Assembly (NCBI GenBank): GCA_918797485.1
Contig: CAKKNE010000006.1
Coordinates: 1,922,001-1,986,000, forward strand
Source: Pelagomonas calceolata
Taxonomy: Eukaryota
Length of the DNA stretch: 64,000 bases
Reading direction: 5' to 3'
Shown: one piece after another, positions 21,101 through 31,365 of the stretch
How the letters are laid out: each line of letters begins with the position of its first letter
Position numbering within the stretch: position 1 is the stretch's first letter
Program-made: the position numbers and the translations under genes
Notes under the pieces: model-generated
Seen by the model: only the letters and a program-made list of their open reading frames with translations
What the model was told of the DNA's origin: nothing
Databases searched by the model: none

Positions 21101-21505
21101 ACGTTCCTGGAGATGTGCCAGTTCTGGCACTACCAGTTCGACTCGCTGCGCCGCGCGAAGCACTCGACGGTGATGCTGCTGTACCACCTCCACGTGCCGC
21201 GCGCGGAGTCGCTGGGCATCAGCTGCGCGGCCTGCGCGCGCGAGATCCGGCGGGTGCGCTGGCACTGCGCGACGTGCGTCGACTTCAACATCTGCCGCGC
21301 GTGCGAGCGCGAGCGCGGCGCGGCGCACCGCCACGCGCTGACGCCGTTCCGCATCACGTTCTCCCGGCGGCGCGCGCTCGCGCCGGAGCCGGCGCGGATC
21401 GACCGGGCGGTGGTCGCGGTCGACGCGGAGGAGGAGGACGACGACGAGGAGGACGAGGAGGACGAGGACGACGAGGAGGACGACGAGGCGGAGGAGGAGG
21501 CGTAG
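18182..21505 (+). CDS. CBP/p300-type (KAT11) histone acetyltransferase: bromodomain, PHD-like, HAT, second bromodomain, ZZ-like finger
   Basis: Bromodomain WFNEPVDP...PMDLGTV; PHD WVQCDCCLRWAHQACALFN; HAT VYVAYLDSVEYFRP, HIWACPP, GDYWPEE; second bromodomain PFNRPVDP...PMDLGTV; RRAKHSTVMLLYHLH; ZZ-like RWHCATCVDFNIC. Confidence 0.92.
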   Translation: MAAQTSASEDEEDDASAAPGAAPGAPPGYACQHCRALCPYNARRCGACGRGVRYAPAAGPEAEDGDDDARRASAPPSARRAAPGRAGPRLSPVGAFDAREVAAHLSALRCEQLHRALRQLVQRLMQHPLNQNWFNEPVDPVRLNLPDYFAIVREPMDLGTVKSRLAAFAYSDVPALAADVRRVFDNAQRYNPPRNAVHRAAAELARDFDADLERALERCARASQAAHEHACGLCRGRRCALCGDKCITLEAPALICSGPCQQRVRRDQQYHATRDGSRLWCHKCYLGLKAVIPPPADAHARPRAQDAAHAQATGLWYKRDLIKRRFDCDVHEPWVQCDCCLRWAHQACALFNAKAERDARGAAGAFVCPLCELQHAHLPPRGKRRRGDGAEAAAPLRLRALTKTRLALEDDDDAASDDDGGGGGGGAPRARPAPATGARRCDDTVLRSFPAPGPLLELREGDAWHGPPPPGPPEAAPGAVAGARRRAPAAPARWWRAADLADTRMTAFLQARVRQRMVELGGAAAGFAPTVAVKLVSCVPRRLRAPDILREHFRGRDGAALPEFLKYESRAVVLFQKLDGCDVMVFSMYVHEFPTAAGGPSAGRVYVAYLDSVEYFRPRTARTEVYHELLVAYLDWSRGRGFDAAHIWACPPQRGNNFIFWCHPQHQRTPSRERLTEWYRAMVARATATGAVRRVATLYDECFAAWDTTRRRHKPQHAQRPAVWVDNADADEGAPAPRLPVCPPVFDGDYWPEECGRLGGLIERRRGLFGGNHALRSQTEGAPEHQLEGLVLSLKAQPAAYPFNRPVDPEALGLKDYRTVCPHPMDLGTVATQLQAKRYATPDRVVADVRLVFRNASRYNPPGHPVHEAARTLLAHFERKLDQLLERLVSTGAAESPDAWLAGYPLDRAAADAEDRAPSVRARLLPELAGSVHRMKESLFVLYLQDGRADASGEIRDPDAGLRLSCPLLDSRHTFLEMCQFWHYQFDSLRRAKHSTVMLLYHLHVPRAESLGISCAACAREIRRVRWHCATCVDFNICRACERERGAAHRHALTPFRITFSRRRALAPEPARIDRAVVAVDAEEEDDDEEDEEDEDDEEDDEAEEEA

Positions 21506-21560
21506 CGCGCCCCGCTCCGGGGGCGGGCACGACGACCGAGCAACTTTGAATAACTACTAG

Positions 21561-21845
21561 ATAAATAAATAAATAAATAAATAAATAAAGGAAGACCTAA
21601 AAAAAGGAACAAGCTCCTAAAAGCCTTCTCCCTGCTCGGTCAGGATACCCAACCGGAGCTTCGAAATAGCAATAAGATAACGATACAACGGATTTTCAAT
21701 CTCCCGGGGCAACTTATCCCCCATGACCAGCCGACAACGGTACTCGTCATTCAATTGCCGTGCGAGGGGGCAAACCGAATATAGTCTCGAAAGAAATACC
21801 TTGCGTTCTTCCTCAAAGGCCTCGCACTCAAACAACGTGTGTTTC
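21561..21845 (-). mobile_element. 5'-truncated non-LTR retrotransposon 3' end with (TTTA)n tail
   Basis: Encodes HTLFECEAFEEER...ISKLRLGILTEQGEGF*, resembling the end of a CCHC-knuckle region of a LINE ORF2, followed by the same 3' UTR and tail as the 15 kb copy. Confidence 0.7.
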
Positions 21846-22137
21846 TTTCGAGACGCGGGGTCTTTTGACCGGCCAAGACCGATCGAACGCAACGACATGA
21901 TGCCGAAGGACGTCGCAAACGCTGTTCGCGTGCGTAGGTCCCGTGGGAACGACAACTGCCCCCAGCCCGCGGCCAGGATGGGCGAGGGGTCGCGCCGCCC
22001 CCCTACAACGACTAGACTCTCATGATAACTACCCCTTTCGGGGTGCAGTAACTAATTTTAAATAAATAAATAAATCGGCGGCCGGCCGCGCCGGCCGGCA
22101 ACAACCACAAACTAAATATATTACAAACCTCCAGGCT

Positions 22138-25100
22138 TCACCCGAGCGGCAGGAGCACGTCCACGGAGCTGCGGAGCGGCCGGCGGCCGGGGTGCGTCCG
22201 CAGCCATACGCCCAGGCACGCGAAGGCGACGACGGCCTCGCGCGGCGAGAGATCCGCCAACGCGTCCGCCACCATTTCGGGCAGCGGGAGCGCCAATCGG
22301 ACGCCGACGGGCACCAACGCGTACGCGCCCACGAGGACCAGCACGAGGGCGACCGACGCCGACGTCACGTGGCGGCCGCGCCGCGCGAACTTCCGACCCC
22401 GCGACGACGCCCTCCGCGCGACCGCGGGCGGGGCCACGGCCGCGGCGCCGCCCGCGAGTTCGCCGCGCTCGAAGTCGTACATGCGCTTCCGCCGCGGGTC
22501 GACGACGAGCATGAGCCGCCAGACGACGCGGAACGCCGCCGCGTCGTCGTCCCGGCCGCCGCGCAGCGAGTGGAAGGCGACCTCGACGTCAACGAGCGGC
22601 CCCGTGATCTCCGCGACGCGGCACCGCATCTCGTAGGCCTCGCCCTCGAGCAGCTCCGCGTCGAAGCGGGCCTCGAGGCGGCTCGCGAAGAACATGACCC
22701 GGAAGTAGTGCTCGAGGTGCGCCAGCCCCGACGCGTGCACGAGGTTGTAGAAGCCGCGCTCCGAGTCGCGCACGATCTCCCGGACCGTGAAGTGGCGGTT
22801 GTAGTCCGTCTGGGCGAAGGCGACGCGCGGCCCCGGCACGACGACGACCCGCTCCAGGTCGACGGCCGTCGGCGCGTCGAGCAGGAAGCGGAAGAGCCCG
22901 TCGCGCCACTGGATCCGCAGGTAGTGGAAGAGGCCCCGCCGGGCCATGTAGACGACGCCGCGCGCCGCCTCCGCGAGCAGCGACCGCGCCGCCTGCGGCG
23001 CCTCGGCGCCCGCGAGCCGCGCGTCCACGATGCGCTGCAGCGCCTCCCGGTCCACGTGCGCGAAGCGGCCCGCGGCGGGCGCGGCCGCCGTCGCCGCCGC
23101 CGCGCGCACCGCATCCACCAGTCCGCCGAAGTCCGCGTCCGCGAGCCGCGCCGCGTCGAGCGCCACGCCGAACCTGCGCGGACATCAACGTCTGCGGCGC
23201 CCTCGCGTCGCCGACGGGACGTCTGCTCGCGGCCGCGGGCGGCTGACGTCCACACCGGTGCCACGCGCGGTTGATCTTCCCCACGAGCTCGACCGCGCGC
23301 AGCGAGTGGAGCCCGTTGTCGAAGAGCGACTTGGCGCCGTCGACCGGCGCGCCCGCGACCTGCGCCCCGAGCGCGAGGATCCGGCCCCGCAGGTCGCCGG
23401 CGCCGGCGCCCGCCGTCGGCGGGGGCCGCGCCGCGCCGCCGGGGCCGGCCCCGGGCCGCGCGTCGGCCACCCGGGCGAACCGCGCGCCCTGCAGCGTGGC
23501 GACGAGGGTGCCGTCGCGCGTCCGGAGGGCGACGTCGCAGGCCAGCGCCGCGTCGGTCGCGGCCGTCAGGCGGCCCGTCGCCACCGCGAAGGCGGGCGCG
23601 CGCGCCGCGTCGAGCAGCTCGCAGCGCTCGACGCCGACGGGCACGAACGTGGCGCCCCTCAGCGCGTGTAGGGCGCAGACGGCTTGGAGGGGCGCGTCCA
23701 TTAGGGCCGCGACGCTCTCGGGCCGGACGTCGACGGCGAAACTCCGATCCGCGAACCAGCGCACGCGCTCGACGCACTCGAACGCCGCCGAGTAGCGCAG
23801 CCCGATGCTCGCGCAGCGCCGGTAGTGCAGCGCCTTGCCCGCCTCGTCCAGCACGTAGGTGCAGGTTGGCGCGCACGTCGCGAGCTCCACGAGCGCGGCG
23901 CCGGCGTACAGGCACGTCGCGCACGTCTCGGCGCCGGCCTCGACGGCGGCGCGCCCCCGGTCCAGGCTCAGAACCAGCGGCGCGCCGGCGTCGCGGACGC
24001 CCCGCAGGAACCGCGCGCGCCGCAGGCCGACCGGCGCGTCGGACGCGGCCGTCGCGAGGAGGCAGAGCCAGCCCGCCGCGGGCAGCACGGGCGAGCCGCC
24101 GACGTCGTGGCCGTCGACGCCCAGCCGGCGCCACGTCGACGGAGGCAGCGGCACGCGGAGCCGGGCCCGCGAATAGCGCCAGCGCTGGGCCGCCGCGTGG
24201 CACGCGGCGTACGCGCCGGCGTCCGCCACGGCGGTCCGCGCGCGTGCCGGGCAGAGGGCCGCCTTGCCCTCCAAACTCGCCTGGAGCAGGCCCCGCTGGG
24301 TCTTGCCGGTCACCGTCTTCGGCAGCGCCGGCACCGCGATGACCGCGCCGGGCTCGGCGTGGCCGCCGACGGCGTCCCGCGCGCTCTCGCGCCACCGCCG
24401 CAGCAGGTCCGGCGCGGCGGCCCCGGGGGCCAGCACGACCCAGCCGACGGGGACCTGGCCGCCGACGGCGTCCGGCCCGCCGACGACGGCCAGGTCCCGC
24501 GCGGCCCCGCCGGCCGCGGCCCACGCGGCCCGCTCGAGCTCCTCGACGCCGACGCGGACGCCCGCCACGTTCAGGACCTCGTCGCGGCGCCCGTGGAACG
24601 TGAAGGCGCCGTCTCGATGGGCGCGGGCGCCGTCGCCCTGGACGAAGCGCCCCCCCCGAAAGTACGCCGCGTACCTCTCAACATCGCCGCGCCACTCTGA
24701 ACATCCGTAGCCCTCGGCCGCGAAGACGGTCCGCGCGAGGCCGGCGTAGGGCGCCGTGAGCACGAAGTCGCCGAGGCCCGCGCCCTCGACGGCCGCCGAC
24801 ACCCACGGCACCGGCCAGCACTTCGCGTCGGGCGCGGACCGCCCCGACGGGTCGCGCGACGCGACGATCGAGCCGTGCTCCGTGGCCCAGTACGAGTTGA
24901 CGAAGGGCGCCACGACGTGCCGCGCGGCCCACCGCTGCACGTCGGCGCTCAGCGGCTCCGCGCAGAACGTGCCCATCCTTAACGACGACCGGGGCAGGTC
25001 CAGCTTCACGAGGGCCGCGCGCCGCTCCGGGTCCGCCATCGCCTGGCGCACGTAGGCCGCCGCGCACTTTAGAATGGTGGCCTTTGTCATGAGCGCGACG

Positions 25101-26200
25101 CGGGCCCACCGCAGGCCGTCGCCGCCGAGAAGCGACCCCTCGACGAGGATCGACGCGCACCCCGCGAGCGCCGGCCCGTAGAGCATGTAGGACTGGCCCG
25201 TGATCCACGCGAAGGTGCCCAGCGTCAGGACCCTATCATGTCCCGCGCGCGCCGCGAAGACGTAGTCCATCGTCCGCGCGACGCACGCGCCGTAGCCCCC
25301 GTGGCCGTGCACGAGGCCCTTGGGCCTGCCCGTGGAGCCGCTCGTGAAGACGACCATGAGCGCGGCCGCGTCGCCGACGGCGACGGGCGGCGCGTAGGGC
25401 GCGCGCCGCGCCGCCCACGCCTTGGCGTCGCCCCGACGTACCGCGAAGCGGGGCCCGGCGTCCCCGAAGAGCCGCGCACACCGCGCGGCCGCGGCCTCGC
25501 CCCTCGTCACGGCGTCGCTCGCGGCGACGACGAGGTCGGGCCGCAGCTCCCGGAACCGGTGCGCGAGCGCCTCGTCCGTCGCGTCCAGCGCCGTGCACGT
25601 GTAGCACGCCGCCGCCCGCGCGAGCGCGTGGCAGACGACCGCCTGCTCGAGGCCCGTAGACGCGTGAAGGTAGACGCGCGACGCCGGCGTCAGGTCGAGC
25701 GCGCCGCGGCAGGCCAGGACGGCCGCGAGCAGCTCCGCGCGCGTCAGCCGGTCGCGCTCGTGCTCCGCGGACACGGCCTCGTACGCCGCGGCGGCGCCCT
25801 CCAGCGCGGCGGGCGCGTCGACGGCGCTAAGCGCGATGTTAGTCATAGCTCCCCGAAACCACGTCAGGTAGGGTGCCTCGGCGTCGTCGACGAGCCGCGT
25901 CCACGGACGCCAGGCCCGGGGCCGCGCGGTCGCGGCGGCGCGCAGGCCGCCGGTGCCCGGCACCAAGCACTGCCACTGCGTGGCCCCGAGTTTGCACCAG
26001 GCCCCGTCGTCGTCGGCCCAGTAGATCGCGGACGCGTAGGCCTCGGACTCTCGAGTAGCACAACCATCTGCCTCGGGGCGCACTTTCACGAGCTCCTGTG
26101 TGAAGCGACATCGATGGCGTCCCGACCGGCACGCCATCGCCGCGACACGTCGAAGAGTTCTGGCGCGGGACCGCACGGCTGCTGCTCGCGTGCTATCCAT
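22138..26200 (-). CDS. Multidomain enzyme: acyl-CoA ligase (propionyl-CoA-synthase-like), PKS dehydratase, ACP, hot-dog thioesterase, C-terminal hydrophobic helices; exons 26200-23265 and 23173-22138 (~1323 aa)
   Basis: Ligase: FTSGSTGRPKG, WITGQSY, FCAEP, NSYWATEHG, HGRRDEVLNVAGVR, LPKTVTGK. DH: GHDVGGSPVLP and MDAPLQ. ACP: FDNGLHSL. TE-like: FAQTDYNRH. A 91-nt GT-AG intron joins the two track ORFs in frame (KINRA|FGVALD). Confidence 0.8.
23174..23264 (-). mobile_element. Degenerate introner-like intron inside the ACP domain
   Basis: Ends CGGTGTGGACGTCAGC / GTTGATGTCCGCGCAG resemble the CTGTGTGGAAATCAA / TTGATTTCCACACAG TIRs of the other introners; the TSD is eroded. Confidence 0.7.
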
Positions 26201-26512
26201 AATTACCAACTCTATATTCCCCAGGCTGCTTGCTAGTGTCTGTCTTTGCAGCGGCGTTGTGCAATGTCCGTGCCGTTTAAAGACTTGCGGCAGACCAGCA
26301 CACGCAGCCTCCGAGGAAGTGACGATGGTCGAGGAGAAGAGACCCACGCGCCGGGGTACCAGCACGTACAGCACGTACTTGGCGTACCCGAGCAGCTAGC
26401 GGCCGATGGGCTCTAGAAAAAAAGAGCTGCCTGCGCCTAAATAAGAGCGGGAGGGGTACAGGGGACCCCGCGACGTAACTAGCCTGAGCCTGAAAAAGAC
26501 ATACAGCTGTAA

Positions 26513-26726
26513 CTCCTAAGAGCCTTCTCCCTGCTCGGTCAGATACCATACACGTACACGTACATAAATAAATAAATAATAAATAAATAAATTAAGGAAG
26601 ACCTAAAAAAAGGAACAAGCTCCTAAGAGCCTTCTCCCTGCTCAGTCAGGATGCCCAACCGGAGCTTCGAAATAGCAATAAGGTATCTATACACAGTATT
26701 CTCAGTCTCGTGAGGTAAATCGTCAC
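26513..26726 (-). mobile_element. Non-LTR retrotransposon 3'-end remnants (one ~160 bp, one ~35 bp)
   Basis: Near-identical to the reverse complement of ~15111-15273, including the TTTA tail. Confidence 0.75.
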
Positions 26727-26982
26727 TACCGGTATCTCTGCTTTTCTTGGCCATTTCTGGTGCGATTTCGCTGCGGTTTTCTGCTGTGGCGAGCGCCCTA
26801 TGGGGGGCGAGTGCGCTAAAGGGGCTGGGGGCAGCCCGGGTGCGCTTAGCGATTGTCGCTAGGACGCTAGTGTGTTAAAAAACACAACGAAGTCCTACTA
26901 CGTACTGTATTTACGCCGCCGCCTTCGCGGCCAAGGCTGCTTAGCCGTTCTCGGCTTCCAGCGCGGCGGACGCGGGCGACCT

Positions 26983-28506
26983 TCATCGTTCAAAGCGCTG
27001 TCGCTGCGCCGCCCGCTCCTCCGGAGCCCCCGCCTGCGGCCGCTTCGATTGCTGCGATGGCGCCGACTCGCGCGCGCGGTCCAACAACGCGTCTTGCCCC
27101 GGCGCGAACATGGGCCTCCTCATGCTCTTGCGCTCGAACGCGCCGCCCTCGTCGTTCACGTTGCCGTCCAGCGCGACTGCGAACCAGCCGCGCTGCTTCC
27201 TTTCGAGGATCGTGGCGACGCGGCCGCCGGCGGTGAGCACCAGGATCTTTCTTCCCAGTACGGTGAGCTTGCCGGCGCGCGCGGACCGAAGCGTGCTCTC
27301 GCCCTCGAGGCGCACGCTCCACCAACCTCTCTTCCCAAGTTCTACGACGTTGCCGGCCTTGCCGCCCAGCGCGACGCGCGCGCCGACGCCCAGCTCGCCC
27401 GTCGTCCCCAGGACGCGGATGCCGGTTTCCGCGAAGTTTATGACTTGGCTCAGGCCGTCGGCGTCGAAGAATACCGTGGCGCGGTGCTCGTCGAGCGCGC
27501 CCCCGACGACAGTGCCCGCGTACCAACGGTCGTCAAATAGCACTTCGACGCGGCTCTCCGGCGGCGGCGGCGGCCGCGCGGTGGCGTTGTCGCCGGCGCG
27601 CAGGACGCGGACGTCCTGGTCCGGGAAGCGGATGACGTCGCTCGTGCCGTCGTCGAACTGACACATGGCGCTGCGCTCGTCCAGCGCGTCGCCGATGGTG
27701 CCCCCGTAGTCCTGGCCGTCGTCGAAGCGCACGGCCACGCGGGTGCCGGGCGGCGGCAGCGCAGCTGCCGTCACTGGTGCGGCGGGCGCAGGCGTCGCCG
27801 GTGCATCGGCCAGCTCGCGGATGTGATCTTCCAAAACATCAGCATCGTAGAGGTACGGGGGGGAGTCGTCACGGTATTTTTCCCCGTCGAAGATGACAGC
27901 ATAAGTACCATCCACGTTGACTTCGTGGACCGTCCCGGGATAATAGCGTGCCATATCCTTCCGGCAGAACGCCTCGATGCGGTCGTCCTCCTTCCACTTG
28001 GCCGACGCTGGCGCCTCCGGCGACTGTGGCGAGAGCAGCACGTGCTCCGGCACGGTCGCGGCCTCAGCCGCGAGCGCGCGCGCCTCCACTCGAGATGCGT
28101 CTAGACGATTGTGATGATCGATACATAATCGATAGTAATGGTGCTCCGAGGTCGGCGCGGCGGCGTCGTCGGGCTCGTCGGCGGAGGACGGCGAGCCTTC
28201 TCTATCGCCGGTCGCATCGTCATCGTCATCGGCGGGTAGGGCCCAACCGCTTCTTTGGGCCCACGCCCAAAGGTCGCCCTTATCGAGAAAAATACTTTCC
28301 CCCAGCTTCCCCGCGCCCCGGGACCGGAGCTTCCCCGCCGCGTCGAGGACCTCGGGCGCGCAGTAGATCCACGTCCGCGGGTCGCCCCGGGCGAACCAAT
28401 GCGGCTTCGCCAGTACTCTCCAGCCCTGGTCATACATCTGCCCCCAGAGAATGCCGAAGACCCGCTCCGGTGGGACCTCCGCCGCCTGGCCGCGCCGCGA
28501 CCGCAT
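26983..28506 (-). CDS. Protein with tandem Tudor/Agenet-like domains
   Basis: Repeats of the form G-x-R-V-x-V-x-F-D-D...Y/W-x-G-T-V/I...F-D-D-G (three to five copies) in a 507-aa ORF. Confidence 0.65.
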   Translation of the reverse strand: MRSRRGQAAEVPPERVFGILWGQMYDQGWRVLAKPHWFARGDPRTWIYCAPEVLDAAGKLRSRGAGKLGESIFLDKGDLWAWAQRSGWALPADDDDDATGDREGSPSSADEPDDAAAPTSEHHYYRLCIDHHNRLDASRVEARALAAEAATVPEHVLLSPQSPEAPASAKWKEDDRIEAFCRKDMARYYPGTVHEVNVDGTYAVIFDGEKYRDDSPPYLYDADVLEDHIRELADAPATPAPAAPVTAAALPPPGTRVAVRFDDGQDYGGTIGDALDERSAMCQFDDGTSDVIRFPDQDVRVLRAGDNATARPPPPPESRVEVLFDDRWYAGTVVGGALDEHRATVFFDADGLSQVINFAETGIRVLGTTGELGVGARVALGGKAGNVVELGKRGWWSVRLEGESTLRSARAGKLTVLGRKILVLTAGGRVATILERKQRGWFAVALDGNVNDEGGAFERKSMRRPMFAPGQDALLDRARESAPSQQSKRPQAGAPEERAAQRQRFER

Positions 28507-28887
28507 ATGTTTTTTGGCTTGAGGCTGGTCTCATATCCAAGATATCACAATGGAGGATAGATATAGATGCGCAAAAGGCTGCCCAAAAGCGCTTGTGTTG
28601 CTCTCTATCTTTCCAGGGATCTTTTGACTCGGTTTCGGGGACGCTTTCTTTTTCTCTTTCGATGCGACACGCGGGGGTTTTAGTCCCTAGCATAATCACA
28701 CCCCCACCATTGACTAGTATGTATCCATACTGTGGCTCCTTTATTATTTGTATTGCATTATTATTATTATAACTTACCTTAATTAGGTTCGGATCATTGC
28801 AATTATATTCAAGTTTAAGCAATAATAGGGTCAGCCACTAGCGGGGTCAGCCACTGCCCAGGTCCTACTTAATACATGCGAAGTTAG

Positions 28888-31365
28888 TTAAGACCGCCTT
28901 TCCCGGACGCCACGCTTCTTCGGGGCCGTCGCCCAGGGGGGAGGCCCGGCGTCCGTATGCGCCGCGCGCCGCTCCTTCCAGCGGACGGGCGGCGGGACGG
29001 CCGCGTCCGCCACGACCGACACGTCCTGTCCGGCGAATGTCACGTCGCCGCGCCTGACGCCCGCGAGCGTCTGTCCGGCGGCGAGGTCGACGTCGACGCG
29101 GCCATTCGGGCGCACGCACTTGATGGTGCCGGTGGCGCCGTTGACGGTGACGGCGGCGCCGACCGTCAGCTCCCCGGGGTTCTCGCGGCGCGGTCGAGGC
29201 AGGGCCCGCCCCAATGGCTCCGCGTCCGCGAGGCGCTCGAGCGTTCGCAGGAAAGCGCGGTCCCCGGGCGGCGGTGCGACGCCCGCCGCCTCCAACGCGG
29301 CCGGGTCGTCGAGCAGCGCGCCGCGAGGCAGGTCGCGCAGCGCGCCGACGGCCGCGCACAGCGCCGCGGGGCCCGCGGCCCAGGCCGAACCCAACTCGGC
29401 CAAGGCCCCCTCGGCCCAGGCCGCCGTCGCCGCCATGAACCTCCCGACGGACGGCCCGAGCGGCGCCTCGGCGGCGAATTCGCGCGCGCACGCGTCGAGG
29501 TCCCGCCGCGTGAGCCCCAGCCGGAGGCATTCGAGGGCCTCCCCCGCGTCGCGCGGGCAGCGCCGAAGCTGCGCCCGGTACCGCGGCGTCTCCAGCCAGG
29601 CCCCGAGGCCGCGCCGCAGGTGGCGCAGGGCGGCCCGCCGCCGCTCCTCCCGCTCTCCGTCGTCGTCGCTCGCGACGTCGCGTTCCACGCTGTACGTGTT
29701 GCCGCCGGCGAACAGGTCGTCCCAGTCGTCGGCGAGGCGGCCGGTCTCCCGGGGGGGCGAATCGGACGACGACGCGTCGTCGCCGTCCTCGTCCTCGTCC
29801 TCGCCCCGCACGAACGCGACGAAGTCGGCCTCGTCGACGCGGCCGTCGCCCCGCCGGTCGAGCCGCGCCGCGACGGCCCGCCGCGAGGCCGAGCCGAGCC
29901 TCGCGCCGACGCGGTCCAGGAGCCGGCCCACGTCCACCGCCGCCCGCCCCGCGGCCGCCTCGCGGAAGACCGCCGCCGCGTCGATCGTGCCGTCGGCACG
30001 CGCCGCGCAGCGCCGCAGCTCGTGCCGCAGCGCGTCGATGGCGCTGGCCGCGCTCCTCGACTCCGCGCCGTCGGCGGCGGCGAAACGCGCGAGACCCTCG
30101 AGGTCGTCGCCCCCGGCGGCCGCCCACAGCTCGGCCGCGTCCGCCTCGGCGAGTCCGTGGCGGCCGAGGAGCGCCTCGACGGCCCTCCGGTCGACGCGCC
30201 CGCCGCGCGCCAGCGGCGCAAGGCACCACCGGACGCCGCCCGGCGCGCCGCGGCTCGCCGCGGCGAGCGCCGCGCGGACGCGCGCCGCGACCGCCGGCGC
30301 CACCGCCGGCGCCGCCGCGCCGGCCGGCCCGCGGCTTGCCCGGGGCCGGCCGCCCGTCTTCGCCGCCACGTCGCCGGGGGCGACGCGGTCGCGCGTCCCG
30401 CCGTCCGCGAACGCGACGTCCAGCGTGCCGTCGAGGCGGCAGCGCGTGACCGTCGCGGACTTCTCGCCGCCGGCCGCGTCCGCGACGACGACGTCCGACC
30501 CCGCGCGGAGGTCCGGCGGCGCGGCGGCCGGCGCGGCCGCGGCGCCGGGGGCCTCGTGGGCGTCCGGCAGCCGGAGGACCTGGTCGTAGGACGCCGCGAC
30601 GGCCGGCGCGCCGGGCCGGGCGCCGTCGAGCGCCACGAGGAGGAAGCCCGGCCGGCGGCTCGTCACGGCGCCGCGGCGCCACTCGCCGTCCAGCAGGACC
30701 GCGCAGCGCGCGAAGCGCGGCCAGGGCCGCGCGTCGTCGGCCGCGGGCGCGGGGTCCGCCGCCGCGTCGTCGCGGCGCCGGCGCCAGCGCGCGCGCAGGG
30801 TCTCGGCCGGCAGCGTCCCCGCGCCGGCGTCGTCCGCCGCCGCGGCCGTGTCGTCCGCCGGCGAGAGCGGCCGCACGCGGTCGCCGGCGACGCCGTGCTC
30901 GACGCCGCCCTCGTCGTACGCGACGTCGAAGCGGAGGGGGCCCTCGGCGCCGACTTCGTACCGCGCGCGCGCGTTCGGCGCGGCGCCGGCCGCGACGACG
31001 TGGCGCCTCTCGTCGCAGCGGCCGCGCCGGAGCACCTCGCCGCAGCGGCGCCGGCCGCCGTGGAACGCGACGGCGACGCGGCGGCCCGCGGCGCGCGGGG
31101 ACGCGCCGTCCCGCGACGCCTCGGCGTCGGGCGTCGTCGCGTCGGCGGAGGCCGGCCCGCGCGCCCGCGGCGTGTCCGTCGTCGTCGCGGCGGCGGTCCC
31201 GCGCCTCCGGAGGCGCCGCGGGTCGACGCGGTGGAGCCGCGCGCCGTCCGCGGAGAAGAGGTCCACGCGGCGGTCGGACCGGACGCGCGCCACGCGGTAG
31301 GGCGCCCAGGCCGCGCCGGCGTCCGCGAGGCAGTCCACGACGTCGCCCACGGCGAAGGAAGCCAT
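28888..31365 (-). CDS. Protein with several Tudor/SH3-like folds and an EF-hand-like motif
   Basis: MASFAVGDVVD...; FDVAYDEGGVEHGV; GTLDVAFADGGTRDRV; EF-hand-like LDRRGDGRVDEADF; strong GC3 bias in this frame. Confidence 0.6.
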   Translation of the reverse strand: MASFAVGDVVDCLADAGAAWAPYRVARVRSDRRVDLFSADGARLHRVDPRRLRRRGTAAATTTDTPRARGPASADATTPDAEASRDGASPRAAGRRVAVAFHGGRRRCGEVLRRGRCDERRHVVAAGAAPNARARYEVGAEGPLRFDVAYDEGGVEHGVAGDRVRPLSPADDTAAAADDAGAGTLPAETLRARWRRRRDDAAADPAPAADDARPWPRFARCAVLLDGEWRRGAVTSRRPGFLLVALDGARPGAPAVAASYDQVLRLPDAHEAPGAAAAPAAAPPDLRAGSDVVVADAAGGEKSATVTRCRLDGTLDVAFADGGTRDRVAPGDVAAKTGGRPRASRGPAGAAAPAVAPAVAARVRAALAAASRGAPGGVRWCLAPLARGGRVDRRAVEALLGRHGLAEADAAELWAAAGGDDLEGLARFAAADGAESRSAASAIDALRHELRRCAARADGTIDAAAVFREAAAGRAAVDVGRLLDRVGARLGSASRRAVAARLDRRGDGRVDEADFVAFVRGEDEDEDGDDASSSDSPPRETGRLADDWDDLFAGGNTYSVERDVASDDDGEREERRRAALRHLRRGLGAWLETPRYRAQLRRCPRDAGEALECLRLGLTRRDLDACAREFAAEAPLGPSVGRFMAATAAWAEGALAELGSAWAAGPAALCAAVGALRDLPRGALLDDPAALEAAGVAPPPGDRAFLRTLERLADAEPLGRALPRPRRENPGELTVGAAVTVNGATGTIKCVRPNGRVDVDLAAGQTLAGVRRGDVTFAGQDVSVVADAAVPPPVRWKERRAAHTDAGPPPWATAPKKRGVRERRS

